Part shown: positions 36,929-46,453 of the stretch, piece after piece
How the letters are laid out: each line of letters begins with the position of its first letter
Position numbering within the stretch: the first letter of the stretch is position 1
Origin: an uncultured virus (IMG/VR IMGVR_UViG_3300031413_000586)
Taxonomy: Duplodnaviria > Heunggongvirae > Uroviricota > Caudoviricetes
DNA: 56,649 nt
Virus record (IMG/VR): IMGVR_UViG_3300031413_000586
Strand: one strand, 5' to 3'
Program-made: the position numbers and the translations under genes
The notes under the pieces: generated by a model
Database searches by the model: none
Told to the model about the DNA's origin: nothing
Seen by the model: only the letters and a program-made list of their open reading frames with translations

Positions 36929-37537
36929 TTATTCCAATAGATCAAATAACTTTACATCATCGCCACATTGGTTTTTGAGTCGATCAATCCATGCTTTACT
37001 TTTAACTTTACATCTTACAATTTTATTTCGAGCCACAGTTTTGCCAATTACCCCCTCAAAGGTTACACCGTCCAATGTGCCATACTTGATTTTTTCCAAT
37101 AAAGTTTTGTTAAATTTTGATACCAATAAAAATTCAGACATCTCAACTCTATTACCAAACTCTTTCAAATATTCTTTAGGCGGTAAGTAACCCATCCTAG
37201 TCACATGAACATCAATCAGAGAAGCTTTGAATTTATCTGTTGGGTCGTGAAAACCAGCAAATGAGTTTTTTCCATGAAATTCAAAAAACAATGTTCCACT
37301 TTCCCATTTGTTCTTTTTAAAAATATCATGAACAGCTTGTTCTGTACGCTGGATTAATTCTTTTGATTGGTTGAGAATACCTGAATCATCCGACATTAAT
37401 TTTTTACGTGTTGCAAATTTATCAAAACCTTTTTTGATTGAATATTCTGCACGAATATTAGAACCATCAAGTTTGTCAAAAATATAATACTCAGCATCTT
37501 GTATAATGCCTTTACCAATAGATGGATATTGTTGCAT
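36929..37537 (-). CDS. RNA ligase-like nucleotidyltransferase (Rnl2-type fold)
   Basis: Motif I DKLDGSN, FEFHG, FEGVIGK, CKVK. Confidence 0.75.
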   Translation of the reverse strand: MQQYPSIGKGIIQDAEYYIFDKLDGSNIRAEYSIKKGFDKFATRKKLMSDDSGILNQSKELIQRTEQAVHDIFKKNKWESGTLFFEFHGKNSFAGFHDPTDKFKASLIDVHVTRMGYLPPKEYLKEFGNRVEMSEFLLVSKFNKTLLEKIKYGTLDGVTFEGVIGKTVARNKIVRCKVKSKAWIDRLKNQCGDDVKLFDLLE

Positions 37538-37588
37538 AATAAATCTCCTAGTTTAAACTAAACAATTTAATATGCCTTGATTAAATTA

Positions 37589-37648
37589 TTAGTTTGTTTT
37601 ATTTTTTTTAAGTTTAAGTGATTTTTTAAAGCTATTACAAACTTTCAT
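37589..37648 (-). CDS. possible Lys-rich upstream mini-ORF (19 aa)
   Basis: AGGAG SD; MKVCNSFKKSLKLKKNKTN; followed by a hairpin ending at the ligase SD. Confidence 0.35.
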   Translation of the reverse strand: MKVCNSFKKSLKLKKNKTN

Positions 37649-37661
37649 AATGATGGTTCTC

Positions 37662-38387
37662 CTATATTAATATCATTTTAACTATGTTTTTTAAATTTTG
37701 ATAATCTTGTTCATCAATTTCTCTTGCTTTTTTGAAGTCATATCCTAATGTTTTTAAAAGATCTTTATTCGCATTCAGAAACATTCTTTTTAATGATGTC
37801 TTGAAAAAGTCAGAATTTACTTCTTCAATGGCCCATATCGAATTTCCATGTATAAAAGCTTTATCATGTAGACGAAATCGTATTCTTTCAAAATGACTCC
37901 CATATGACAACTCGAAAATACAATTAATTCTTTTTATGAATGAATGTTCATCTTTGATAAATAATACAGGTTTTACAGATAAATTGCAATTATATTTACC
38001 CATTTTGACAGATCTTTCATATTTATCTTCTGTCACCTTAAAATCTATGAATGCATCATTTGTTAAATCATTGACATCTGTAATAAATTTACTCAAAAAC
38101 TGATAGGACATTTCTGAATTGCTAACCCTTTCTATGCCTGTTTTAATCAATGTATTTTCTATCTTTTCAATATTTCCTTGTGTATCAATAGTGCCTGCTT
38201 GAAAAGGATCATTGTTGTTTGTTAATACAAAATGAGTGAATGCATCAATTTTGCAGGTCATTCTACTGATATAGGTTTTATCAGAATCTAATAAAGAATT
38301 TTCTATTTTTCTTTCCTGAGTCGTACCCTTGAATTGTCTTATCATCATTTTTTCAATTATAGATTTTTCAATTTGACAAGTGATCAT
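37662..38387 (-). CDS. hypothetical protein, C-terminal M(-4) tag
   Basis: Ends LKNIVKMILI. Confidence 0.7.
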   Translation of the reverse strand: MITCQIEKSIIEKMMIRQFKGTTQERKIENSLLDSDKTYISRMTCKIDAFTHFVLTNNNDPFQAGTIDTQGNIEKIENTLIKTGIERVSNSEMSYQFLSKFITDVNDLTNDAFIDFKVTEDKYERSVKMGKYNCNLSVKPVLFIKDEHSFIKRINCIFELSYGSHFERIRFRLHDKAFIHGNSIWAIEEVNSDFFKTSLKRMFLNANKDLLKTLGYDFKKAREIDEQDYQNLKNIVKMILI

Positions 38388-38519
38388 TTAAGGCTCCATT
38401 AGCTTTGTGCAAATGATAATATCATAATAGTGATTATAATACAACATCTAATATGATAGTGTCTATTTGACTTATTTATATAGGATTGTATCATGTAAAA
38501 ATACTTTTCAGGAGATTAT

Positions 38520-39227
38520 ATGATGTTCAACAAGTGTAAGATTGTTTTTTTCTGGTGCTTCCAGATGGTTTTTTTATTTTTTTCATTCTTTTATTTATTC
38601 AAAATGAATGAATTGAGAGCAAACGTCGAACAGTATACCAATGGGGTAACCGACAGTTCTTTTCTTTCTCTTTTAACTAGCTATCTTCCCCTGCCTATGT
38701 TTACCACAGGCATCATCTTTTTAACATTAGCTATAGTTTTGACAGTGACCAGTAATGTGGCAATGGTAACAGGGCATAAGAAATTAGGGGTACTTTTATT
38801 GTTAGTCAGTACATGTTTCATTGCTTTTTTGACTTATGCAAACTACAAAGAAAAAACTTATGTTGATAAATCTCAATCAATATTTGAACAAGTTTATAAT
38901 CAAACCATTCATGATGCTACTGGTGCCGAAAAAGCAGTTCTCAATAACACAAAAATGTATGCTGAGAGATATAAATCAACACCAACTACAGATAATCGTA
39001 TTAGATACAGTACTGCTTTTGATTCTATGTTGTATAAGATGAAAGAATTAAAAGCAATGAAAGCTGAACAAGTTGATGGACTCAATAATGTATTAAGATC
39101 TCATGTTGCTTATGTTACTAATTATGAAAAACTTATTAATACAATTCAATTATACTTAGTTGTATGTTTGATATTTTTAACCATTTTTAGAATTGATTTT
39201 AAGACTAAAAAGGCTCTGACAGTTTAA
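38520..39227 (+). CDS. membrane protein
   Basis: Four hydrophobic segments; AGGAG SD. Confidence 0.7.
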   Translation: MMFNKCKIVFFWCFQMVFLFFSFFYLFKMNELRANVEQYTNGVTDSSFLSLLTSYLPLPMFTTGIIFLTLAIVLTVTSNVAMVTGHKKLGVLLLLVSTCFIAFLTYANYKEKTYVDKSQSIFEQVYNQTIHDATGAEKAVLNNTKMYAERYKSTPTTDNRIRYSTAFDSMLYKMKELKAMKAEQVDGLNNVLRSHVAYVTNYEKLINTIQLYLVVCLIFLTIFRIDFKTKKALTV

Positions 39228-39291
39228 AGTAAAACTATGACAAAAAAATAGACAACTTATGTTGTCTATTTTTAATTGAGCGATTTAAAAT

Positions 39292-39873
39292 TTAGTAACG
39301 CGGACGAGAAGGCAATGATTTTGCAATAGCTTTTAATTCATCTACATCTTTGAATGACAACAACTGATTAAACCCATAAAAACCTGATTTAACACCGCGT
39401 GCTCTAAACTTGGCATTAAGAATTAAATTATCATCACAATAGTCTATCATTGTTTGAATGGAAGCGACACCACAAACAAACACTTTATCGCCACGAAGAA
39501 CAGTAATAATTTCAGCATTGTAAGGTTTTTTAAAGACAACAGGATAATTTCCATAATGAGCACATTTTATGCCTATATTAATACCTAAACCTTTTAAGTC
39601 AGCATGATTATAATTTTCAGATTTTCCAAAAGTAGTATCTAAAATTTTAACGCCTAACATTTTTTCAAGTGCCAGTTCGGCAGAGAATCCTGTCATATAA
39701 CGTTTTATTTCTTGGTCATTATCTATCTTGTGAATCTGTTCTGTTGATTTTGCGATCTGAAACTGTTTTGCAAAATCATAAATAAAAGCAGTATCATTTT
39801 TTGACAGCGTGATAACAGGTACGTTTTTCAGAATTGGTGCTACGTCATCTTGGTATTTTCGTTTAACGGTCAT
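39292..39873 (-). CDS. hypothetical protein, possible PD-(D/E)xK-like fold
   Basis: GFSAELA..HADL..IGIK pattern; weak. Confidence 0.55.
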   Translation of the reverse strand: MTVKRKYQDDVAPILKNVPVITLSKNDTAFIYDFAKQFQIAKSTEQIHKIDNDQEIKRYMTGFSAELALEKMLGVKILDTTFGKSENYNHADLKGLGINIGIKCAHYGNYPVVFKKPYNAEIITVLRGDKVFVCGVASIQTMIDYCDDNLILNAKFRARGVKSGFYGFNQLLSFKDVDELKAIAKSLPSRPRY

Positions 39874-39927
39874 TCAGTTTTCTCCATGTCTGTTGATAGA
39901 TTAATCCTAGCATTTATTGTATTATTT

Positions 39928-40251
39928 TTAAAGCTTTTTTACACTGTAATTATAATGATTTATTACATATTGATTGTTTTGTATAGTAAATAGATGAACC
40001 GTGCAAATACCAACAAGCAAATAAACAACACTATTTAGAACAATGTCTTTATTTTCAATGAAAGTTGAACAAAAATAGCTCACTATCATAGGTAGTAAAC
40101 TACCAAAAAACATTATATAAATATACTGAGTGTTGCTTTCATTCGCATTTATTTGTTCTAAAAATAGAATAGCATTTACACAATAAGCAAAAACAGTACC
40201 ACTTAGTACAGCAAGTAGTATTTGACTTATTTTAATTAAAATTAAATTCAT
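39928..40251 (-). CDS. small membrane protein
   Basis: Three hydrophobic segments. Confidence 0.6.
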   Translation of the reverse strand: MNLILIKISQILLAVLSGTVFAYCVNAILFLEQINANESNTQYIYIMFFGSLLPMIVSYFCSTFIENKDIVLNSVVYLLVGICTVHLFTIQNNQYVINHYNYSVKKL

Positions 40252-40271
40252 TCTATTTAATAATCTTTATT

Positions 40272-40922
40272 TTAAATTGCAAACATTTTAAAAACTGTAA
40301 ACTCTTCAATACTTATCTCTTTAAACGATAAATTATTGGCAGATAAATATTTCAGATACGCACTCAATGTAGAAATTTTCGACTTTTCCTTCTTCTTTAT
40401 TACAGTGCCATCGTAAAGGATATCTTCACAAATATAAACATTGGTATTTGAATCATAATGATATTTAATAGTGTTATTATAATCCAGAGAAGAATACACA
40501 CTTCTTAGATACGCATTGATTTGGTACTGTTCATCCAGTTCTGGATAATATTCGCCTTCATAATATTCTTCGGCATTTTCATACAGGCAATAGGTAATAC
40601 ACAATAAAGCCAAGCTGTATAATGAAACAATCACTATATTTAGAATCGCTTGCATACCTTTAAATTCTAAATGATAAGCATTGATAGTATAATTACCAAT
40701 AGCTAAAAAAACAATAAAGGGCAATATTACTTTTATATTTGAATTGAATATATATCTTTTTTTGAAAGTCATAATCCATGAATATAGTAATAAAGATAAG
40801 CAAACAACTGTATATATAGTTATAAAGATATCCTTATGTAGTGTAAAGATAAAGGCTAAACCTATCGAAAGGTAGGTTAGATCGTTTTTTATAATCATTT
40901 CTTTCAAAAAATTATAGTTCAC
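40272..40922 (-). CDS. membrane protein (about 4 TM), C-terminal M(-4) tag
   Basis: GTG start after GGAG; ends EEFTVFKMFAI. Confidence 0.7.
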   Translation of the reverse strand: MNYNFLKEMIIKNDLTYLSIGLAFIFTLHKDIFITIYTVVCLSLLLYSWIMTFKKRYIFNSNIKVILPFIVFLAIGNYTINAYHLEFKGMQAILNIVIVSLYSLALLCITYCLYENAEEYYEGEYYPELDEQYQINAYLRSVYSSLDYNNTIKYHYDSNTNVYICEDILYDGTVIKKKEKSKISTLSAYLKYLSANNLSFKEISIEEFTVFKMFAI

Positions 40923-40986
40923 TATGAGTATTCTCCACTTGATTGGGAAAACAATAATACCACAGTATAACCAAATTGTAAATAGA

Positions 40987-42108
40987 CTATGGTACTGGGC
41001 GTATTTTTACTTTTGCCTTGTTTATTTGTACAATTTTAAAGCTTTCTGGATCACTCAGGAAATCATTAACCTCTTTATAGTAACGTACCGTTTTATAACC
41101 GTTTTCACTCAGTACTTGAAACAGATGTTTTTTTCTGGATTCTTCCTTATTTGTAAATCGATCTCCTGTTTTAGCAGTCGTCAACAAATCAATCTTTTGT
41201 TTCGCATTAATAAAACCTCTTCTGTTCAATGAATCCACCAGTTTGTTAAAATATAACTGGCCTTCTTTATTTTTGTCGTGAGTTAACGACATATATTCAA
41301 ATTTGTTATTTAACACTCCAAGATTTACAACAGGATTTTGTGTTATTATATCTTGTATTCCAAATTTTTCATTAAGGTATTCTATAGGTTGATAAATTTT
41401 CATTTTAACCTTGGCTGATTCTATAATAACATCTCTAAATTCTGTAGTTTGAAGACGTAGTTCATCATTTCTTTTTCTAACAATTTCAAGATAATCAGTA
41501 AAATCATCCGTTTCTTTAACAAAATGATTTAGAATATTTTTTCCAAATTCATCTTTGATATTTTCTTTTTTGATTTCCAAATTTTTTATTGTATCTTTTA
41601 CATATTGAATCTCATTTAAATAGAAATCTTTTTCATTTTGATCTTTTGATTGAAAAGCTAATTTTTCATTTTGTAAAAATTTAATGGTGTTTTTTTTAAT
41701 CAATCTATCTAAATCAACATATTGAGTGTGAGCTAATTTCCATGACTTTATTATCGTATTAATAGCATTTTCAAACACTATTATATTATCATTTGGATTT
41801 TCAGTAAGTAATTGTTCAATTTTTTTTAATTTTTCTGATGTGTCTGTTTTTGTATTGATAACTTGCTTTATATCATCTGATAATTTGTGATGGAATTTAA
41901 GCAGATCCTCTGACCATTTAGCCAGTTCGTGATTGGCTTTTAATAATTCAGTAGCATCCACTGACAAATATATTGGATCGTATTCCAATCTCATTTTGTA
42001 GGTCTTGGTAGTATTTTGTCCAGAAAATTGTAACGCATTTATAAGAGGACAGGTGACTGGGTGATTTGAGTGAATTTTGAGCAGCATATCTTTTTTTATT
42101 TGGTTCAT
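40987..42108 (-). CDS. hypothetical coiled-coil protein, basic tail
   Basis: 373 aa ORF; ends KAKVKIRPVP. Confidence 0.7.
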   Translation of the reverse strand: MNQIKKDMLLKIHSNHPVTCPLINALQFSGQNTTKTYKMRLEYDPIYLSVDATELLKANHELAKWSEDLLKFHHKLSDDIKQVINTKTDTSEKLKKIEQLLTENPNDNIIVFENAINTIIKSWKLAHTQYVDLDRLIKKNTIKFLQNEKLAFQSKDQNEKDFYLNEIQYVKDTIKNLEIKKENIKDEFGKNILNHFVKETDDFTDYLEIVRKRNDELRLQTTEFRDVIIESAKVKMKIYQPIEYLNEKFGIQDIITQNPVVNLGVLNNKFEYMSLTHDKNKEGQLYFNKLVDSLNRRGFINAKQKIDLLTTAKTGDRFTNKEESRKKHLFQVLSENGYKTVRYYKEVNDFLSDPESFKIVQINKAKVKIRPVP

Positions 42109-42322
42109 ATACTATTTAGGTATTAAGGATAATATCAATTTATCATGCCTTTAGAAAAAATATAGCCAATTGATAAAAAAATGTTACAAAAAGAAACAAC
42201 ATGACTTTATTATAATATAGTACTTGTTTATTTAAATTGATAAATACGAAATAAAGCTTGACAAAGGCGTGTTTTTAGGTAAAATGTGATGTTCTGAATT
42301 TTAAAAGTATAGGAGATAAATC

Positions 42323-44533
42323 ATGGACATTATTACAAATAAAGCGTTGTTGACTCGCAAACAAGCAGTAGCTATTGAGGCAACTAATAGTTCACAGATT
42401 AATACATCTCTCGTATTGGCGATCATGACTGAAATTGCACAGTTGGGCTATACTTTTGATAAACCATTGATGGATAGATTAGCAGCCTTGGATTCAACAA
42501 AATTAAAAATATTTAGAAGCTTCTTGGTTGAACAGCTACAAGAGATGGTGGGATCTCATGTACGCTATGTACCTTTATTCAAATCTTTTCCTGATGGTAT
42601 TCCAGATACTACTGAACTTATGTTGAAGAAAATCATTGGATACTTTCAAAATATATTGAAAATACCAGTCGATAATTATGTAGTATTATCCTGCGGACAT
42701 ACTGTATGTACAGATATGTTTGATCTTGATAATTATTCAGCATGTCCTATTTGCGAGCAGCAAGTAGCAGAATTGATGGACCATGACGATTCACATAAAG
42801 CATCAGAACCTGTTAAGCAGTTTAAAATCATTAAATTGGTTGAGCATTCTGTTGTGTATGATGTATTTTCAAATATTCTAGATTCTAAAACTTCTATTTC
42901 AGAGACTGACAAAGCATTGGTTGAAGCTATTGTTAAATTAGAAGGTAATGGTATTGAAAAATATCTACCAGAAAAGATAGATCAAAAAGAAACTATTGCA
43001 TTTTTGGCAGATAAACTATTAAAAAATACAACAGTATCTTATCAACTGATTGCAAAATACTTTAAAACAGCCACAGATGTATTACGTTTGGCCGTACAAT
43101 TTTCGGAAGGTGATGTTACTCTTCAGCAAAATACTAAATTTAAATTATCGAATGCCAAAAGAAAGCTGATTATGGCTTTATTGAACAATGTCAATGAAGC
43201 TCAGGTTGATATGGTCAGATACCGTGAACAGTGGATTAAATTAGGTGAAGTTATTCACATTGGCACCTATAAGAATAAGTATTCAAAAGCTTATAAGGCT
43301 TTTGATCTGTTACGCAATCACAAAAGGGCTATTGAAACTTTTAATGGTAAAGTAGAAGAGTTAGTGATGTTGGCTCGATACACAGAAGATAATGAGTCTA
43401 TTATTATTGAATTGGTAACTTTATTGTCAAGCCGTGCAGGTGAGTTTGCTCGACGTTTTGACCAAGTATTGAGATTGTCTGTTAATCAGGATATTGTAAT
43501 AGATGCTTTTGAAAAAGTAGTACCTTCTGTAAAGACTGCAATGTTGTTGGGTATCAGCAAACATTTATTGGCTCGTGATGTTGCTCGTGATTTTAGAGCT
43601 TATATTCCAAAAGGAAAAATGTCGAAAATTCAGTTTTTTGCGGGTGATGACAGAAAACTATTAACTAAATATGCAATTGATAAAACAGTCAACATTATCG
43701 AAAGTGAACTGTTGAGCAGATTTTCAAATCAAGAATCACTAGGTAAAGTGTATATTGATCCAGAACTGGCAAATGTATTAGTGCCCTTCTCACAAAGAAG
43801 TGCTTCTACTTCATTGGTGAATATTCCAAGAGGCTCTAGAATCAAGATAGATGATAAAACACCTTTCATTAGACTGTATACTTATTGGAAAGCTTCGGTT
43901 GACGTTGATCTTGGTGCAACCATGTTGGATAAGAATTTCAAAGAAGTAGGCACTATCAGTTATTATAACTTAAGTTCTTTCGGACGCTCTGTTCACTCAG
44001 GCGATATTCGCGATGGACATAAAGGAGCAACTGAATTCATCGATTTGGATTTGCAAGCTTTTCGTGCAAAGAAAATTAAATACGTTGTAGTCAACTTAAT
44101 TTCTTTTACTGGTGAAAAATTCTCAACGATGGAATGTTTTGCTGGCTTTATGGAACGTGAAACACCAGATTCAAAACAATTTGATGCAACAACTGTTAGA
44201 CAAAAATTTAATATTACATCTGAATCCAGCTACTGTATTCCTATGATTTTTGATATTGAAACCAATGAAGTTATCTGGTTGGATTTGGTAACCCGTGAAG
44301 ATGGTTTTGGATACAATTATCATAACAATAAATCTAATGTTTTGGATGCTGTCAAAGCTGGTATTGATTTGGTCAATACTAAAACAACTTTGATGGAGCT
44401 TTTTAATTTACATGCCCATGCTCGTGGTGAATTAGTTCATTATAAGCGAGAAGAAGGTGTTGAATATGATACTGTCTTTGATATTGAAAAGCTAAAAGAC
44501 TTGGATGAAATTATGTCGAAATACCTAGCATAG
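42323..44533 (+). CDS. RING-like Zn finger plus TerD-like domain protein (MXAN_6230/SCO0854-like)
   Basis: LSCGHTVC..FDLDNYSACPIC; TATDVLR; RAGEFARRFD; DVDLGA..HSGDIRDG..ATEFIDLD (TerD-like); promoter TTGACA-16-TAAAAT at 42258-42285. Confidence 0.75.
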   Translation: MDIITNKALLTRKQAVAIEATNSSQINTSLVLAIMTEIAQLGYTFDKPLMDRLAALDSTKLKIFRSFLVEQLQEMVGSHVRYVPLFKSFPDGIPDTTELMLKKIIGYFQNILKIPVDNYVVLSCGHTVCTDMFDLDNYSACPICEQQVAELMDHDDSHKASEPVKQFKIIKLVEHSVVYDVFSNILDSKTSISETDKALVEAIVKLEGNGIEKYLPEKIDQKETIAFLADKLLKNTTVSYQLIAKYFKTATDVLRLAVQFSEGDVTLQQNTKFKLSNAKRKLIMALLNNVNEAQVDMVRYREQWIKLGEVIHIGTYKNKYSKAYKAFDLLRNHKRAIETFNGKVEELVMLARYTEDNESIIIELVTLLSSRAGEFARRFDQVLRLSVNQDIVIDAFEKVVPSVKTAMLLGISKHLLARDVARDFRAYIPKGKMSKIQFFAGDDRKLLTKYAIDKTVNIIESELLSRFSNQESLGKVYIDPELANVLVPFSQRSASTSLVNIPRGSRIKIDDKTPFIRLYTYWKASVDVDLGATMLDKNFKEVGTISYYNLSSFGRSVHSGDIRDGHKGATEFIDLDLQAFRAKKIKYVVVNLISFTGEKFSTMECFAGFMERETPDSKQFDATTVRQKFNITSESSYCIPMIFDIETNEVIWLDLVTREDGFGYNYHNNKSNVLDAVKAGIDLVNTKTTLMELFNLHAHARGELVHYKREEGVEYDTVFDIEKLKDLDEIMSKYLA

Positions 44534-44546
44534 TTAATCTACATAT

Positions 44547-44570
44547 AGAGCCACCTTCGGGTGGCTTTTT
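44547..44570 (+). terminator. rho-independent terminator
   Basis: AGCCACC-TTCG-GGTGGCT followed by T-run. Confidence 0.9.
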
Positions 44571-44644
44571 GTTTTAATAACTGTTTATACTTCTTTTGTA
44601 TATCTATTTAATATGGTATAATAAAAAAAACTCAATAAATAAAT

Positions 44645-46450
44645 ATGTCAGCATTAATCAATAATTTAGATTTATTCGATCCGCTATTAAATAAAAAAAT
44701 AATTTCCAATTATGAAAATATAAAAGGTTTTATGTTTGGCTCCTTTGAAGAACATATAATGAAATTAATTTTTAATTCTAATCAACGAGGTTATGGTTCA
44801 TATAATCAATCACTGAATGAATCATTGTTGGAATTCAATAAAATATTAAATACGCCTTCTGAGCAGTTTAAAGAAATTAAATTATTATCAATTGATAGAA
44901 TGAAAGATCCTGTATTAACACAGGAAAATATAATTGATATACCTTCAATGATCATAGAAGAATTATTTAGTTATGCTGAATCTCTAGGTATTGATGTATC
45001 AAATCAAAGAAAAGAAAGTATTTCAATTTTTGAAAAATTACAAAAAGAACAAGATAAAGTTGATGTCTATTTTAATCAATTAGAAAAATTAGTTTTTTTA
45101 AGTAAAAAAATTGCAGTTTGTAAACATGCTAGTAAAGATTTGACTAAACTAGAAAACCATTTGAAGATGGGTAGAGATTTCTTAAATGATAACGAAACAA
45201 TTTTGTTAACCACTGATATGTCTAGCGAGAGCAGTTACTTGTCATCAGGGTCAGACATAGCCAAGAATTTTGGTGAGCTATTTAAAATGAAGCAACAGCT
45301 TATTCAAAAAATAAAAACTGAATGTACAGATAACATGGGTTTAACAACTGCAGATATTTATTTGCGTTATCAAAATAATATGACACCTTTACAAAAAGCA
45401 ATTTTTGAAAAAAGTACAGTAGTTCATATAGAATTAACTAAATCACAAGATGTATCAGGAGCTATTTTATTTGAAGATGGTAGCACTTTATTTAAAGAAA
45501 AAGATGGTAATTACATTATTAAAGACACACATACTGATGTTAACAGAACTGTAAAGAATCTTTCTGAATGTTGTTTGGATTTCATGCTTAGGAAAAAACC
45601 TCAATTGGCTAAAGTTTTCAAAACAAAGTTTGAAGAAGATAGTCCTAAAATAAAAACAATGCTTAATGTTGTGGATAGATTTCTATCATCAGAAGATATT
45701 TTAAAATCTGCATTAAAAGAAAATTATGGTACATTTCTAAAAGAGATGTTTGTCTATCGCTCTATTGAAGCACTCGATGACTATGTGGCTAAAGTTGTGG
45801 ATGATCATAAATTCAATCAGTTTGCTTACAGTATTGCGAGTTCAAAATATAAGCATTTATATGATGATAAATCTTTGACATTGTTAAAAGAAATTTATGA
45901 CAATAAAATAGATGCTGTACAACTACAAGATTATATAGGTAAAAAAATAGCTGCTTTTAAAAATTCTGACGATTTCAATAATATTCTTACTCAATTTGTA
46001 TCTAAAATGAATGGTTTTGATATTGATACAATTACTGATAAAGTTGAACGTTTAGGAGCCACGATAGTTTCTGCTGACGATGGTGTTTTGATCGTTGAAA
46101 CAAGCGATTACAAACAAATGCAAGAGTTAGGTTCTACTAGTTGGTGTATTGTAAGAGATGAGGGGTTTTACGAAGATTATGCGGGGGGAGGCAATAGACA
46201 ATATATTGTTTTTGATTTCAATGAACTTTCATCTAATAATAATTCTATGATAGGTATTACATTAACCGAAGATGGAAAACACAGAAATTCACATATTAAA
46301 AACGATGACAGTGTTTATGCAGAAGATGTTGAAAAATTTCACCACATTATCATCAAGCAGCAAGTTAATACATTTAAAAACTTAAATGAAAATTTAAGAA
46401 AGGAAATTTTTCCAAATGATACAAGAATTAACAAACTTAAAATGGCTTAA
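44645..46450 (+). CDS. large protein with C-terminal PcfJ-like domain
   Basis: MQELGSTSWCIV..YEDY..RQYIVFDF. Confidence 0.6.
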   Translation: MSALINNLDLFDPLLNKKIISNYENIKGFMFGSFEEHIMKLIFNSNQRGYGSYNQSLNESLLEFNKILNTPSEQFKEIKLLSIDRMKDPVLTQENIIDIPSMIIEELFSYAESLGIDVSNQRKESISIFEKLQKEQDKVDVYFNQLEKLVFLSKKIAVCKHASKDLTKLENHLKMGRDFLNDNETILLTTDMSSESSYLSSGSDIAKNFGELFKMKQQLIQKIKTECTDNMGLTTADIYLRYQNNMTPLQKAIFEKSTVVHIELTKSQDVSGAILFEDGSTLFKEKDGNYIIKDTHTDVNRTVKNLSECCLDFMLRKKPQLAKVFKTKFEEDSPKIKTMLNVVDRFLSSEDILKSALKENYGTFLKEMFVYRSIEALDDYVAKVVDDHKFNQFAYSIASSKYKHLYDDKSLTLLKEIYDNKIDAVQLQDYIGKKIAAFKNSDDFNNILTQFVSKMNGFDIDTITDKVERLGATIVSADDGVLIVETSDYKQMQELGSTSWCIVRDEGFYEDYAGGGNRQYIVFDFNELSSNNNSMIGITLTEDGKHRNSHIKNDDSVYAEDVEKFHHIIIKQQVNTFKNLNENLRKEIFPNDTRINKLKMA

Positions 46451-46453
46451 ATC

